A DNA stretch of 59,478 nucleotides, from NCBI GenBank assembly GCA_000708835.1, contig DF237492.1, forward strand, positions 1 through 59,478. The letters are read 5' to 3'. The notes beneath the pieces were generated by a model that was given only the letters and a program-made list of their open reading frames with translations, did no database searches and was not told the DNA's origin. Shown here piece by piece: positions 17,901 to 30,000 of this stretch (the first letter of the stretch is position 1; every line of letters begins with the position of its first letter). The DNA comes from Klebsormidium nitens (Eukaryota; Plantae; Klebsormidiophyceae). The translations under genes and the position numbers were made by a program.

Positions 17901-20900
17901 ATGATTTGAGCTGACCACTCATTAACCTCCAGCTAAACCCGTATTCGTTCCTTCACAGTAATGACGATCCAGCGCGTCGTGGGGAGCGGCCGGCGCAACC
18001 GACTCTAAATCATGTCAAGTTTACGCACGAGATGCGTAAAATCCCGCCTGATTTTGAGCTGACCACGCACTAAACCCCAGCTAAACCCGTTTTCTCTCCT
18101 CCACAGTGATGACGATCCAACGCGTCGTGGTGCTGCGCACTTTGCGCATCCGGGCGCAGGTCTCCCTGGTGCTGCGCCAGTGGGAGGTCGCCGAGGAGAA
18201 CTGGATCAAGACTCACGAGCTCGCTGAGCTTCAGGCGACCACGAAAACGCCCGCGCGCAGCCGCCGCGTTACGCGCGCGTCTGGCGCGGCCGCGGTCGCG
18301 GCCGCGGACGGCCCGCGCTCGGCCGCGTCCTCGGACCCAGACACCCGGCGGTCGAACACGGGGGATGGCGCGCGCGCGAGCGTGGTTCCGCCGGAACCGG
18401 ACGGCAAGCGGAAGTCGGTTCAAATCGCGGACGGCCGACGCTCGACCATAAGCGGGAATATGCCGAGCGCGGACGTCCGGCGGGCGAGTGCGGCCCCGGT
18501 TTCAAAACTGCCGTCGAGCCGCACCTCTATTGCGGACAAGTGAGTGGGGATCGACCTTTCGTACTCCGGTCTGGTCGCTGCCTTGCAGCTAGTACGCCCG
18601 GGGACCCAATCCTTGCAATGTAAACGATAGGCGTTGCGCGCATCGAAACCTGTTTGAGCACACGTGTTTTAATGGCCAGATTGCAATCACCGTTACACTT
18701 GTGAAAGCTGTGTGATGATTCCGGTCCGGTTCGTGCCTTCATTTTCAATCGTCCATGTCGTACATTCCCAAAGTACCATTTGTATAAAAATAACACGGAT
18801 CCTCCGAGTTTGTCCGTTGTGTTTTGAATGTACTTTACTTTTGTTTTGCCCTTTCTTCTTCGCCCCTTACTGCTGCAAAAGCAGTCGTCTTCTTTGCTTG
18901 TCTTCATCTATCCCGGTCTTTTCTCGTGTCCTTGTCGCCTGATTGCTAGACGCCCTTTCCCAACGTTGCAGAGCCCCCAGAGAATCGTCAAAAGAAACGC
19001 TCGCCACAGTGAGCCCCGGTAGTGAGCACCGCCCTCTTGTGTCGTCCCTTCGCTCCGTTACCCTGCTAATTGCTTGCTTACGAAGCGCCCAAAAGCAACA
19101 GTAAGCGCCGGTAGAAGCACCGGGCTTCCTGCGGTTAATTTGGCTCCCCTAATGCCGTCTTTCTTCTGCTTAGAGTGGGCGTCCGGGTCTGCCTGACGCC
19201 TGCCGGTGCCTCCAACGGCGTCACAATCCAACGGTCTCAATCGCGGACGGCGGTTTTGCGAGGGTCATGGCACCGTGTAGTCGGCTTTGTCAAAGCATGC
19301 TACGCTCACTTTTCAGATACCCTCATACCCCCAAAATTGCAGAACCCTGTTAACCTCAAATTCCTTAACGGAATCACCCGGTGCATTGAACGCAGGACCC
19401 TGGGGAGATTTTCCGCCAAGGGCAAACCCGCCAAGGTCGACCCCGGCGAAAGGCACCGGGCGCGCTTTTCGAGCTTACGAACCGTCACCTTCTTGTGGGC
19501 TTTCTCTGGAATCGAGCCCTTCTTTCCTCCTGCTCACGGAATCCTTCGGTGTATGAACGCAGGACTTTGGGAAGGATCCCCGTCAAGGGCAAACCCGCCA
19601 AGGTCGACCCCGGGGAAAGGCACCGGGCGCTCTTCGACCTTCGGGACGGCGTTCTGGGCCCTGAGTACGTTTCGTCCGGCGTCCACGTTCCCCCGCACAT
19701 ACAGGAACAGGTCACCAAAGATTTCTGTATGCGGAAGCGGCGCGCCCACGTGAAAGTCCTGGAGGCGTACAAACTAGAGCGGGCGGAGCAGCAGCGCGCG
19801 GCGCGCGACGGGGAGATGATGGCGCGCGCGAAGCTAGTGATGCAGGGGAAGGGGACCGCGCGGAAGGGAGCGGAGAGCGCGCCCGTGGAGGCAAGTAGCG
19901 CACACCTTGCTTGCTTTGGAACGTTTACAATCGTAGGCACAGTCTCCGCACTCTTAAGAAGCAATCTATGACAAGTTGAGACAGAATCACACGGCCAAGC
20001 GGGCAAACGCGTCACAGATGACCAAACCGGGGCCGCTGACAACGTCATGTCCTTTCCTCCTGCGAGCGAAAGGGCCGGTTCATTCCCTTGGGGCTCGAAT
20101 GCTCGCGGCTTCTGTTGAAATCCGGATACACCCAATCTCACGCCCTTGCGCACCAATTGGTTTGCAGGCGAAGCGACCGGCGTTCCCTCCCCGTTTGCGC
20201 GTCCTCGCCACGCGCCAAGAGCTGCACGAGATGATGGTCGAAGGCCTAGCCAAGGCAGCGATCGAGGGCCTCGCAGCAAATCTGCCCGGGGACTCCCTTC
20301 CGGTCTCCGAGTCCGGAACGCCACTGGTAGGAAGCACCCCGGCAGGATCGAAAAGGTCGTCGGGCGGTTCGCGGCGCGGCACGCGAGAAGCGCAGGTGAA
20401 TAAACTGAGTAGTTGAAAGCCTTGGTCTGTGAGATCAAGATACAAGGCTTTGTATTTTAGGTTCGAAAGATTCGCTCCAAGGGATCTCTATCTTCTCTTT
20501 GTCTTAGGCCTATGCTGAATCAGCCCATTCCCCGTGCTGGAATAATGTAGATTCTCTTAGACTGATAGTCAACATGCTCCACACTTATACCCACCCTATA
20601 CAACGAAGTAACCTCGCCCGTCTCCCGGGAGTGACCTACTGTACATCTTTTTGCGTTGAACCTGCAACCTTCGAAAGGCCTTAATTTCACTATTTCGATT
20701 GCAACCTTGAACAGTCCGAAGGGCAGGAAAATTCAATCCAACGACCCAAAATCAGGTACCAAACGTCGGGACTCGAGAAAGAGGGCGGCAACCTAACGCA
20801 TACAGCTGTTATGCAACATACCCGTAAATCAATGTAAACTCGATTCTCCTCGCAGGTCGCGGCCCCGGTACGAACCGCCCCCGGCGGTTCGCGGCGGGGC

Positions 20901-21131
20901 ACCCGGGAGGTAACTATGATGGCGGCGATTCACGAGGCTGCGGACGGAGACTCGGCCCGGGCTGTGCCCATGGTGCTGAATCTGGCGGGAGCCGCCCTGG
21001 AGTCGGGCGGTACGACTCGAACTAGAAGGGCGGGAAGGCAGGGCACGAACTCGAAGAAGGTGGTGACGTGGGGTACGGAGGCGAGCGGCGCGTCCCACTC
21101 CACGGTGCCAGAGGAGGAGGCGCCTTCTTGA
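11949..21131 (+). CDS. IQ-motif/coiled-coil protein with disordered Ser/Arg-rich N-terminus, ~996 aa (possibly ciliary)
   Basis: Exons 11949-12809, 13152-13386, 14125-14369, 14722-14774, 16086-16283, 17404-17537, 18107-18539, 19563-19890, 20168-20395, 20856-21131; phases match (2991 nt). IQ-like motifs AALYIQDWFRRVR, AARKIQRFTR, VMTIQRVV. An additional upstream exon is possible. Confidence 0.78.
15610..16085 (+). repeat. Three acceptor echoes of exon 16086-16283 with telomere-like spacers
   Basis: cctggcag|g...tggtggacgacgctggtcgcgctcggcggccggct..agct..tggc.gagacggtgaa is repeated with junctions at 15626, 15771 and 15934 (live 16086). Spacers are rich in AAACCC(T/C). Confidence 0.9.
16284..17215 (+). 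repeat. Five to six donor echoes of exon 16086-16283, ~160 bp period
   Basis: ccggcgggtgcgcaaggtgctcatctggaagcggcagaacgc...aagatccaacg|gtgcgtacc is repeated with junction equivalents at 16421, 16602, 16762, 16922 and 17082, plus a partial copy at ~17190. Confidence 0.92.
17660..18106 (+). repeat. Acceptor echoes of exon 18107-18539, ~148 bp period
   Basis: tgagctgaccac...agctaaaccc...cacag|tgatgacgatccaacgcgtcgtgg is repeated with junctions at 17811 and 17959 (live 18107). A further remnant lies at ~17690. Confidence 0.9.
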
Positions 21132-22399
21132 AATGATGCCTGAGCGGTTTAGTGGATGAGGAGGACGTATGATAGGTATAACAAAGTCAAGCAGACCGCG
21201 AGGAGTCAGAGCAAGCGGCAAATGCCGCTGTCCAACGTGCTTGCCAGCTGGCCGGTTTCGTTCATAGGTGATCGGATTGGAACGCTAATTTTAGATCTTG
21301 CATTGAATTTAGCTTGCACGAAGGTAGATCAGTCACGACATTTCGTTTGAAAGACGCCAAGGTGCAGGTTCAATTGCAAGGGCAGAGCGGCATCCCACCC
21401 TCAGGTGTTTGATGGTTGAGATAATCTCGAGTTCCATTTGTTGCCTTTGCCCCCCCCTCATATAGCTAGGTTTCCTTTGCATGCAAATCAAGCAGATGAC
21501 AGTCACTGCCTACCACACTAACGCTTGCCTGCCATGGTGGTCAAGCTTAAGCATGCCGTAATCATGTAATGATGTCGATCATGAGCCTGTGCTTATTCAT
21601 GGATGGCCGTCGATCGGGCTCGACTCGCGCACGCGGTGCACTGACATGGCATGGGCCGCCGGCCCTGCAGCCCACTGATGTCACTGTGTAGGATACAACG
21701 GGATCACTGCAATATGTACGTCGTGCCATAGCAAATAAAGCATGTGCATCGACGGTCACGCACCGGAACAAATGGCACGTGCTGGTATACCCGGCCCGGC
21801 TGAAGCTGGCCGGGCTGAATTGCTCCTTATTCAATAATAAACGGAGCAACCAATGGACGGTGATCTACGATCATTGAGTAGATGTAAGTGGAAGCATATC
21901 GATCGATCAGTGTGAATTATAAGAGCGAGTCGGACGGCCCTTGATTGTTCAATGTTGCCTGAGATTCTTAGCAGGCTACCCATCCAATTTTTATCAGTGT
22001 TCGAGTTCCTGGAATCATTGGTTATACTAAGTATAAGGTGTCAATTGCATTAGTCGCATGTTGCTGCAGCATGATATGCGCTCTTATATAATGTAAGCTC
22101 TGATTAGACATGTGCATGACTCTATTTTGTCGCCGTCCTGTGAACGTACATGATCACTTTTGTGCAATCAACGAGCATGCATGGCCGCATGGTGGCCGGG
22201 GGTGGTGGCCACACACTTTCTAGGAAGCCGTTCAACTTGGACGCATCGTCCTTGATATTAAACATTTAGCAGCCAATTTTCTTCATGGCAAGTACTTAAA
22301 AGAAAGAGATGACGAAAGTTATATGACGAGAGAAGCGTGGGCTTGTCGTGTTTAGAAACCTTCCCAAAATGTGCGTGCCATCAGCTGTGCAAGATATTA

Positions 22400-24413
22400 T
22401 CAAAGGCAACCCTGGCGAGCAATGATGTTATCCAGAACAGCACTGTCTTTGGCATCTGGTAATGTGATCGCCCCTCTCAGATCATCCAAAGAGTCTATCG
22501 CACCGTACACATTGCCTACGTTACCTTGCGAGCCGCTGGAACGTTTGTTGACCTTCGTCGTCCATTCTTGCAAAGAGCGAGTGCGGTAGTGGTTCAGCCT
22601 CGCAGGCGAGAGGATGCTCCTTTTGGAGAAGGGTCCGACCTCCATCTCCTCCCCTGCATTGCGTGTAGGAAGGGAAACTCATTGACCGCTTCATGATCTG
22701 ACAAAAGATGAAAGACTTTGTATCTATTTGTTGCCACCTTCCAGTGAAACGCTTTCAGGAACCTTGAAGCGCCCTCGCTAGCAGGTTCGGGCTGACCACA
22801 AAAGTGGTCTGATCCAAAGGAGCTCTGACATATATGCAGATTTCAAGAGTCATGGTCGTGTTTTCAACTCAGAAGCGAGGTTTGAATCCTCAGGCTGTTT
22901 TTGCCTTTGCCAACGCAGAACTCGCCTCCAATCTACCGCACCCATTTTGCAACAGCTAAAGTAGCCAGTTTCATCGTCTGCAAAGCAAACTTTGAGCACA
23001 AAGTGCAAGACAACTGGAGGACAGCGCCTCGTTCCTTGCTGTAACACGTTGCGCCACCCTTCAAAGACGCTCATGTGCTGTCAGTCCCTACAAGTCAACT
23101 AGTTTGTGCGAGACGCCAGAACCGAAAACCCCCTTACCTGCGGCATCAAACTGCCCCCACCCGGGTTTCAAGCTCGCAAAGTGGGCGTGCGTCACGAGTT
23201 CCGCACTCGTCGCCTCCACTCGCACAAACACCTTCACGTGGTGATGTCCGTCCCCCCCCTCCTGGGAGAAAGTGTACGGCATGTCGACACTCTGAAACGC
23301 CGGCGTGGGGAGCGCTACTCTTGCTGACGTCATCATTGAACCCCACCGACCCCACTCTCTTCCCCGCCTGCAGTCCGCATCCCCCGTTTTCGACCGAGTC
23401 TAAAACCTCGTTCTCTGAGAGGTTGCACCCCCCCTTTTTGGACAACTTGGACAAATAGCCATCCAGAGTTTGGCTGGGGTTGTCTGTGAAGACCAGAAGC
23501 TCGTCAACATCAAGGTAACCCAACCAGGTTACGCCTGTCGACGATAACCGCCTGTAACAGTCCTGGTACGCCCCTACCTGGATCTGCCCATCGTATGTGC
23601 TGTTGACTTCTTCCCCCCAATCTACGTACTCAACAAAAGGCGCATAGCGCTTCGCTATTGTCTGAGTGTCGTCCGAACTTCCGTGATCGTAGAGAACTAT
23701 CTTCCTGGCCCCCAGGTAATAGTAGTAGTGAAACCACTCTGCTAAAAAGCGGCCTTCGTCTCTTGCAATGACACACATGGCGACGCCCCCTGCGAGCGCG
23801 CCTTCCAGAGAGTATTTCAAGAGGTCTGGTTTGCATTGAGGAAGGAGAATGGGATCTGGTGGCCCGTGAGGAACAAAGCTGACTGGCTGGTTATCAGCTG
23901 GGTTAGCCACCCAGCTCGCCCATGCTAACCCAGATTCTAACACTGGCAACAAACCTGGGTTGACACTTTCTGGTCGGTGTTTAAAAACTCCCTGGATTCT
24001 AGGTGGAGCGTTTCGTTGTTCCACTCTTGGAGCACAGCGTTGGCATGCTCCCATCCCTCCCGCCCGTGCGGGATCTCTCCCTCCGCTAGTTTGCTCCATT
24101 CCCTCTCACCAATCAGTGGTTGAGAGTTCTCACTCCTGCCGGTCAACGGCTGGGATATTATGCTCTTGCCAATGGATGGCTGATAATTCTCAGCTCGTGC
24201 TCTTGTTAACAGAAGCGGATCTTTCTTCAAAGAAACAAACGGCGTCTGCAGAAGAGTGAACACTGCTGTCTCATCTCTGGTACAGAGCAAGCTGGACAAA
24301 AGGGAGGTAACTCCAACAAGAGCAATGAATGAGATGATGCTCAGTTGTATGAGTCTGAACTCAGAAGAGACTGCGCCCGCCGCCCCCCCGCTCCTTTCCT
24401 TATAGAGTTTCAT
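22400..24413 (-). CDS. Type II membrane glycosyltransferase, GT92/DUF23 or Glyco_tranf_2_4-like (internal boundary near 23290-23420 unresolved)
   Basis: N-terminal TM segment LIQLSIISFIALVGVTSLL (exon 23955-24413). Exon from 23886: CVIARDEGRFLAEWFHYYYYLGARKIVLYDHGSSD...WLGYLDVDE. Segment HHHVKVFVR ends at donor 23138. Last exon 22400-22653 contains LNHYRTRSLQEW. Confidence 0.8.
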
Positions 24414-27083
24414 CTGATCGAACACCCTTTGATCAGACGCTGCGTCTGGCTAAGAAAGCCTGCTCTGATTAGCAGTAGCCGCGCGGCAAGGCCCTGCACA
24501 TGTGTGTGTTGGCGCGTGTATTGACTACCGTATCCTGATTAGGTAGGTTGTAGCTTTCACATGCCAATGGTCCAATGGGGTACACTACTAAGGTAGTCCT
24601 AGTAGTGTGTAGTACCTGGGTCCTGGTCCTGACTCCTGACTGGAATCATCTGTCGATCATCTCAGCAAGCTGCTTTCCTAAGGCTAGAGCCTAGCGCCTG
24701 CCACTGGCAGCGTACCTACCTACCTATATGTAGTAGTTTGAAGGCTTGAGCTCTTGATGAAAGAAGAATGGTAGGAAGTATTATAGGTAGTCCTACCTGC
24801 CTACCGTTGTATCGGTAGGTTCCCTATCAAAGCCTGAAGAAACTCTTCAAGTTTTAATTTGGTAGGTACTCGCAGAAGGGCCTCATCGGCGACATCTTAA
24901 CCCTGGAGACCTACTTTGAAAGTCGCCCTGCAGGACTGCTCGGTTCCAAAATCGCAGCGACCGGAGATATCACTTGGTGCCGTGGTATGTCGCCACTTCA
25001 TGCGGGTGGCGGTACACATTTGAAATTCAAAATTTGAAATTGTCGAGGGGGGTTGACCTTCGGGGCAGAGCATCCTGCCGTTCGATCGACAACTGAATTC
25101 GGATTCATCGACGACATACCACAGATAGAACAACGTTCGCGGCCGGGGGCCGAATCTGATCATCATATAAACCCTGCCGAGATGACGCGCCGGCGCGGCG
25201 CGGCGCGGCGCGGCGCGTCCCGGGGGCCGGTGACGTACTCGTACGCGTACATGCATCCTGCTAATTCTTGGACCTTAGAACCCTGGGCCTTGCCGCCTTT
25301 CTGTGCAGCCTCGAGCTTCATGATCCTCAGGGCATCATTCTCGTCAATACAAGCTGGACAACTAATGACCGCAGCTCATATCGCACCTCGTACATTGGAT
25401 GGTATATGCTGACAAAGATGCGCATTGAACTTTCCAGGAACCAGCACTGCTGGCCAGCTTCTTCTCACCTTTGCATTTGACGCAATCCGCATGAGCATGG
25501 CGCAGGTACGAGCACAAACGGGGACGACGTGAGCTTCATTTTCGTAAACGGGCAGCGGCAGCAGCAAGCTTCCGGGCTAGTAGCACCTTCAAACTGCTCG
25601 CTGGTGGTGTAAAAAGGTCGAAAGAGATCTGCCAAAAACTTGACATTAGAGATGATTGTAAGGCCAGGAGTGTGGTCTAGTGCAGATTCCCGCAGCAGCT
25701 ATGTTGAACTTCTAGTCCAAGTTTGCCGGCAGGCAATCAGCACAATACGTGGCAAGGGCGCGGCCATTAGTCTTATCTGGACCATCTGGACCATTTCTTA
25801 CGATCTTCAAGGTTGACGGACTCCTCTCGCGCATCATTCTGGCTGTGAATTTGCACAATCGACGGCCATCAGTTTTGCGGCTTTCGTATCCTCGGACTGA
25901 GAGTTGACTACGAGGATCTCGATTCGCCAGCTAGCTGGCGCGCTGCCAATATTGATGCATATCTGGCAGGCCACTTTTCGGCACCGCCGCCTCGTCTTGT
26001 AAGTTTGTTCTTTCACTAAAGCGGGGGTGCACGGAGGCATCCGCAAACTCGCAGTTCGACATCAGTCTGACCAACGCGGACTAGACAAGCGGGGCTTCAG
26101 CAATCCGGACACGGCTATCACCTGCTGACTCAAGCTCCGGATTGCATCATGAACCGGAGGGGCAACGGAGCGGCTTCCATATGCTGCTGCGGATCGTCGA
26201 AGCCCTTTTTCAGCCTACAATCTAAGACCTTATACGACCTTGGGGGGGATTGCTTGGCCCGCGAGGAGTGGCACCCCTAGGTCGTAGGTCGCAAAGATCC
26301 TCGGAGCTGGGCGAGTAATCTGAAAGAATATGTAAAAACCAGCGAAGTTTTTGAGGCTCTCAGGGCCTGTGGCAGTGCGTTTGATATCGATGACGCCTCC
26401 CAAACAAACAAATTAAAGACAGCCCGCTCGAACCATTCTCGTGGCTGTAACACGTCTGCTTATCTCGTCGAAGTAAACGCGTAGCAACCATCGATGCAAG
26501 CCTAATGCTCTGAATGCACTGGACTCTGGTGCGCCGCCGGAGTCCCGGAAACTTTCTCAGTACATCGGTGCAAGGACGTTGAAGCCGCAAACGTTAAACC
26601 ATTTAAGAGCGATTCGAGTTAAGCAGCTGAGAGTTGTCATTGAACACTTCCTGCAGGGAAGTAGGCTGTTTACAAGCCATCAGTCTTCGGATGAGTCGTC
26701 GCTATTAGCGAAAATTATTGTGCACAACTTTGCCAACCTTCTGCATTCTATCTGCCCACTTCCCATCAGCTTCCCTTCGATCTTCGTCAGGCCGTGCGCG
26801 TAAGCAAGGTGCCACATAAAAGCCGTTTGGAACCGCCGCCCCACGTTTTTGCAAGATGGCGCCGGCGTTGAAGTCGTTCCTGATTATTCTCTTCGGCCTA
26901 CTCTGCCTGGTTCTGCAGAATGCAGAGGTGAGGGAAAAGCCGGCAACCAAATCTTCCTTTGAAACGGATACTTACCACTGCGCAAAGGTGTTTTCCTAGC
27001 TTTGCCTCCTTCCTTGACTTTGCTCTTCGATTTGCTCCTCGCGTAGGGATTGGCCCAAAGAAAACCCGCCCAACAACTGGCGC

Positions 27084-30000
27084 ATGCAATCCAAAAAAAT
27101 GACCATCAGTTTGTCCGTAAGGAAGTGCACGCGTCAAAGCTGGTGAAAACTATGTCGGCAGAATTGCCAACTTGCTTGGACCACCGGAATCTACATGCAC
27201 ATATGTGTTTCTTGCTGCTCCTTTAGCCGATTGAACATCCGAGAGTCCTGGTATGCTTTTGAGTATCAAATTGTTTGTATTTCAAAAGTTTTTTGGAAAG
27301 AGCTATTGCGGCTGACACCGTGTGTCAGCGAATCAAATAAAAGTCTTCTTGCCAGGATAAGCAGCCGTCGTGCCGCCTTCGATATCAAAAGTGTTATTCT
27401 ATCTGCCGCTCCCTACAGGAAAAGAAAATGAGGAAGCACTGACACTCTCGCCCTTTTGAGTTCAGGTTTTTGCAACCGCTTTGGGGCAGAACTCCGGCTA
27501 CGTTGTTCCGGGGACGGAACTTCAGTTCCGTGGCGAAACAACCACAGTCGCCCACCGGAAGCTGATGCAGACTCCGTCACCAATGCAAACGCTAGGTAAA
27601 TAATGAACGAGCTACACAAAACTTCTCGAGCTCAGATAATACAATGCCTCTATACACTGTACCTAAAAAAAATCTAATGTATCTAAAAACCTTCAGATAG
27701 AGTGATATGAAGACGGTGGACTTTGAGTTGAATTGCCAAAAACTCTTGCAGGTAAGTCGAGAGACTCGGGTCTGTTTCTAGCTCAAACCGACTCTGCATC
27801 AAGTGGGCCAGCAAGAGCAAGTTATTCTTCAGAGACTACGTCTTCGTGGTTCTTGGTCCAAAGACCGAAGCTCGAAACTTGCACGTCTCGAGCCAGATGA
27901 TGACAAAGCTCTAATGCAAATCACTTCGACTAATCTGGTCTCCGACTCAGCTCGGCCCATTAGCGCAGCAACTTTAGTTCGGATGCTGACTTTATATTTT
28001 TTGGGCTTAACCCCGGGTCAACATCTCTACCTGCAGGTACGGTCGCATCCATGTGCGCGCCTGACGATTCGCTTTCGAACCCGCTGACCCGCGTGTACTG
28101 CTACTACAATGTGACAATCGGCGGTGTCCCCTCCACGTCATTAGCGGCCTGCACGTACAACGCAACCGGTGGTCTCCTTCCGATTCCTACGGCCAATGTT
28201 TCTAGAGCCACCCCACCAGTACCCAAAGTCTCCTGCGCAGGTGAGAAAAGGCGACGTTTCGTTTTTGAGCAAGTTCAAAACTCATTTTGACCCGTGTAAT
28301 GAAAGCGGACGGACCGGTTCTCATCGAAGTTTGGCTTAGGAGGATCAAGAGGTTCTGCAGAGAGACGAAAGCAGGGGACCTGGGCTTTCTACAAGCGATG
28401 AATTCGGAACCTAACCCAGCCAATCAGGATAGAATAGAGATTGTGAATGAAGAAAGAAAACCGTAATGAACGAATTGGAGAGTCCCTTCGGTCCACCCAG
28501 AATTTCTCAAATGGTACAATGAAAGAAGAGTTGAAGGTTGTGATGGAAGCTTGTTGCAGGCCTAGGACATTTGGCACTCCACAATCTCCAATCTCCGTAG
28601 GGTTACCTTACAAAAGTTTGACTTAAATTCAGGGGTTTCAAATGGCGCTGTGCATGGCCCTTTAGAGTGCTTGCAGTGCCGCTTTTGGCAGAGATGCAAA
28701 TACTCAACGCTTTGTTCGCTTCTTTGTAGGTTTGTCCTCTAGCATTATTTTCGCTGTTGACATGCAGATATGAAACTTCCAAAGAGCTCTGATTTTTAGT
28801 AAAGAGGACACGATCTGGTTTGAATCACGATTTCCCCGACGACATTCTCATGGTGATCATTTCTCGGTTACCAGGTCTCTCCTACTCTGGCAGACAATTT
28901 TGAACTGAGATAACTGCATTTTTCTGTTTACTCTCAACTGGAAGTTCCAAAGTGGTTTCTGTTCTTGGCTCACAGGAAGTTTCGTCCTCAACTCTTGCCC
29001 AGCGTCGGTTCAGCCGACCTCTGCAAACGCGAGCGCCTTGTACCAGCAGACTCTTTGCGTGTACGTTGTGAATGGATCAACCGCAATTTCATCGCTTTGC
29101 GCTTACAACGCGACTGGCACGTTAACTGGGGGATTTAAGGGCTCCTCCTGCCCAAGTGAGAGCGGTTCTTCGAAGGCAAAGCGCCTCGCTTTCGTCTCCA
29201 TCTTGAGTCGATAGATGAAGAAATTAGGTATTCTGACTAATAGGATACCAAAGAACACCTTGAATGGAATTCAAAGTTTGATCTCTATGTATGAGGCCCA
29301 AGTCAAAGCGGCTGAAAGGCTGAAAGGCTGAAAGGCCACTTCAAGTGGCCAAGTGGACACGACATGAGTAAGCCCGCTGAGATTCGAATTGGCTTAAACC
29401 TCGAATGCTCCTCTCCAAGGTCGTTCTGATCTCGTCTTGGAAGCGAACTTTACTTCAAATGATGAAGTATTCAACGAAAGCGCCCGACCCAAAACCATTC
29501 GACGGATCAAGGTTGATTATAATTCACCGTCGTTTTTTCGTGCCTTACGAATGCATTTTCGTCATGGGCGTTCGCAGCAGTGATTGGCGGGCCCCCGACG
29601 CGTGCTCTGACGCCTGCTCTGACGCCAGCACTGACGCCAGCACTGACGCCAGCTCCACTAGTACTGCCAAGTAAGCCGCACTTTAGCTGGCCATCAGCTT
29701 TACGATCAATTGACTAATCACTTGGCGAACTGGGCGTCCGACCACGTTTGTTATCTGGGGTTCGAAGATTGGAAAATTGAAGAATTTCCAGTCGTCCGAT
29801 CGCAAGCGGTCTTGTTAGAGTTCCCGCTCCAGCGGTCCCAAAATGAAGAGCCAAAACAATATCTTATATTTGCACACCGTCAGTGAGCTGAGAACAAGTC
29901 ACAACTTGTCAGCTTGAGTTACTCTCACGTTTTTCTTCGGCGGCACTCCTCCGCTCTGCTTCTTAGATGCAGAAGAGTCCATGCTGGCAAGCGCGAAATA

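Noticed and set aside
19485-20438. 317-aa minus-strand ORF
   Set aside because: It is the antisense shadow of GC-rich IQ-gene exons, with no motif or independent splice structure.
21500-22250. CATG/GATC/AGCT-rich intergenic stretch between convergent genes (similar at ~2420-2730)
   Set aside because: It is compositionally distinctive, but I could not define a repeat, RNA gene or element boundary.
24897-26950. Scattered ORFs with some splice-like signals and a (GGCGC)n run at ~25190-25220
   Set aside because: No coherent reading frame or homology was recognised. It may be a degraded gene or repeat.
29309-29337. Short tandem repeats (GGCTGAAA x3; also GCTCGGCCAA near 39781 and GTAGCGTTAACCC near 47223)
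   Set aside because: These are ordinary slippage repeats with no further structure.
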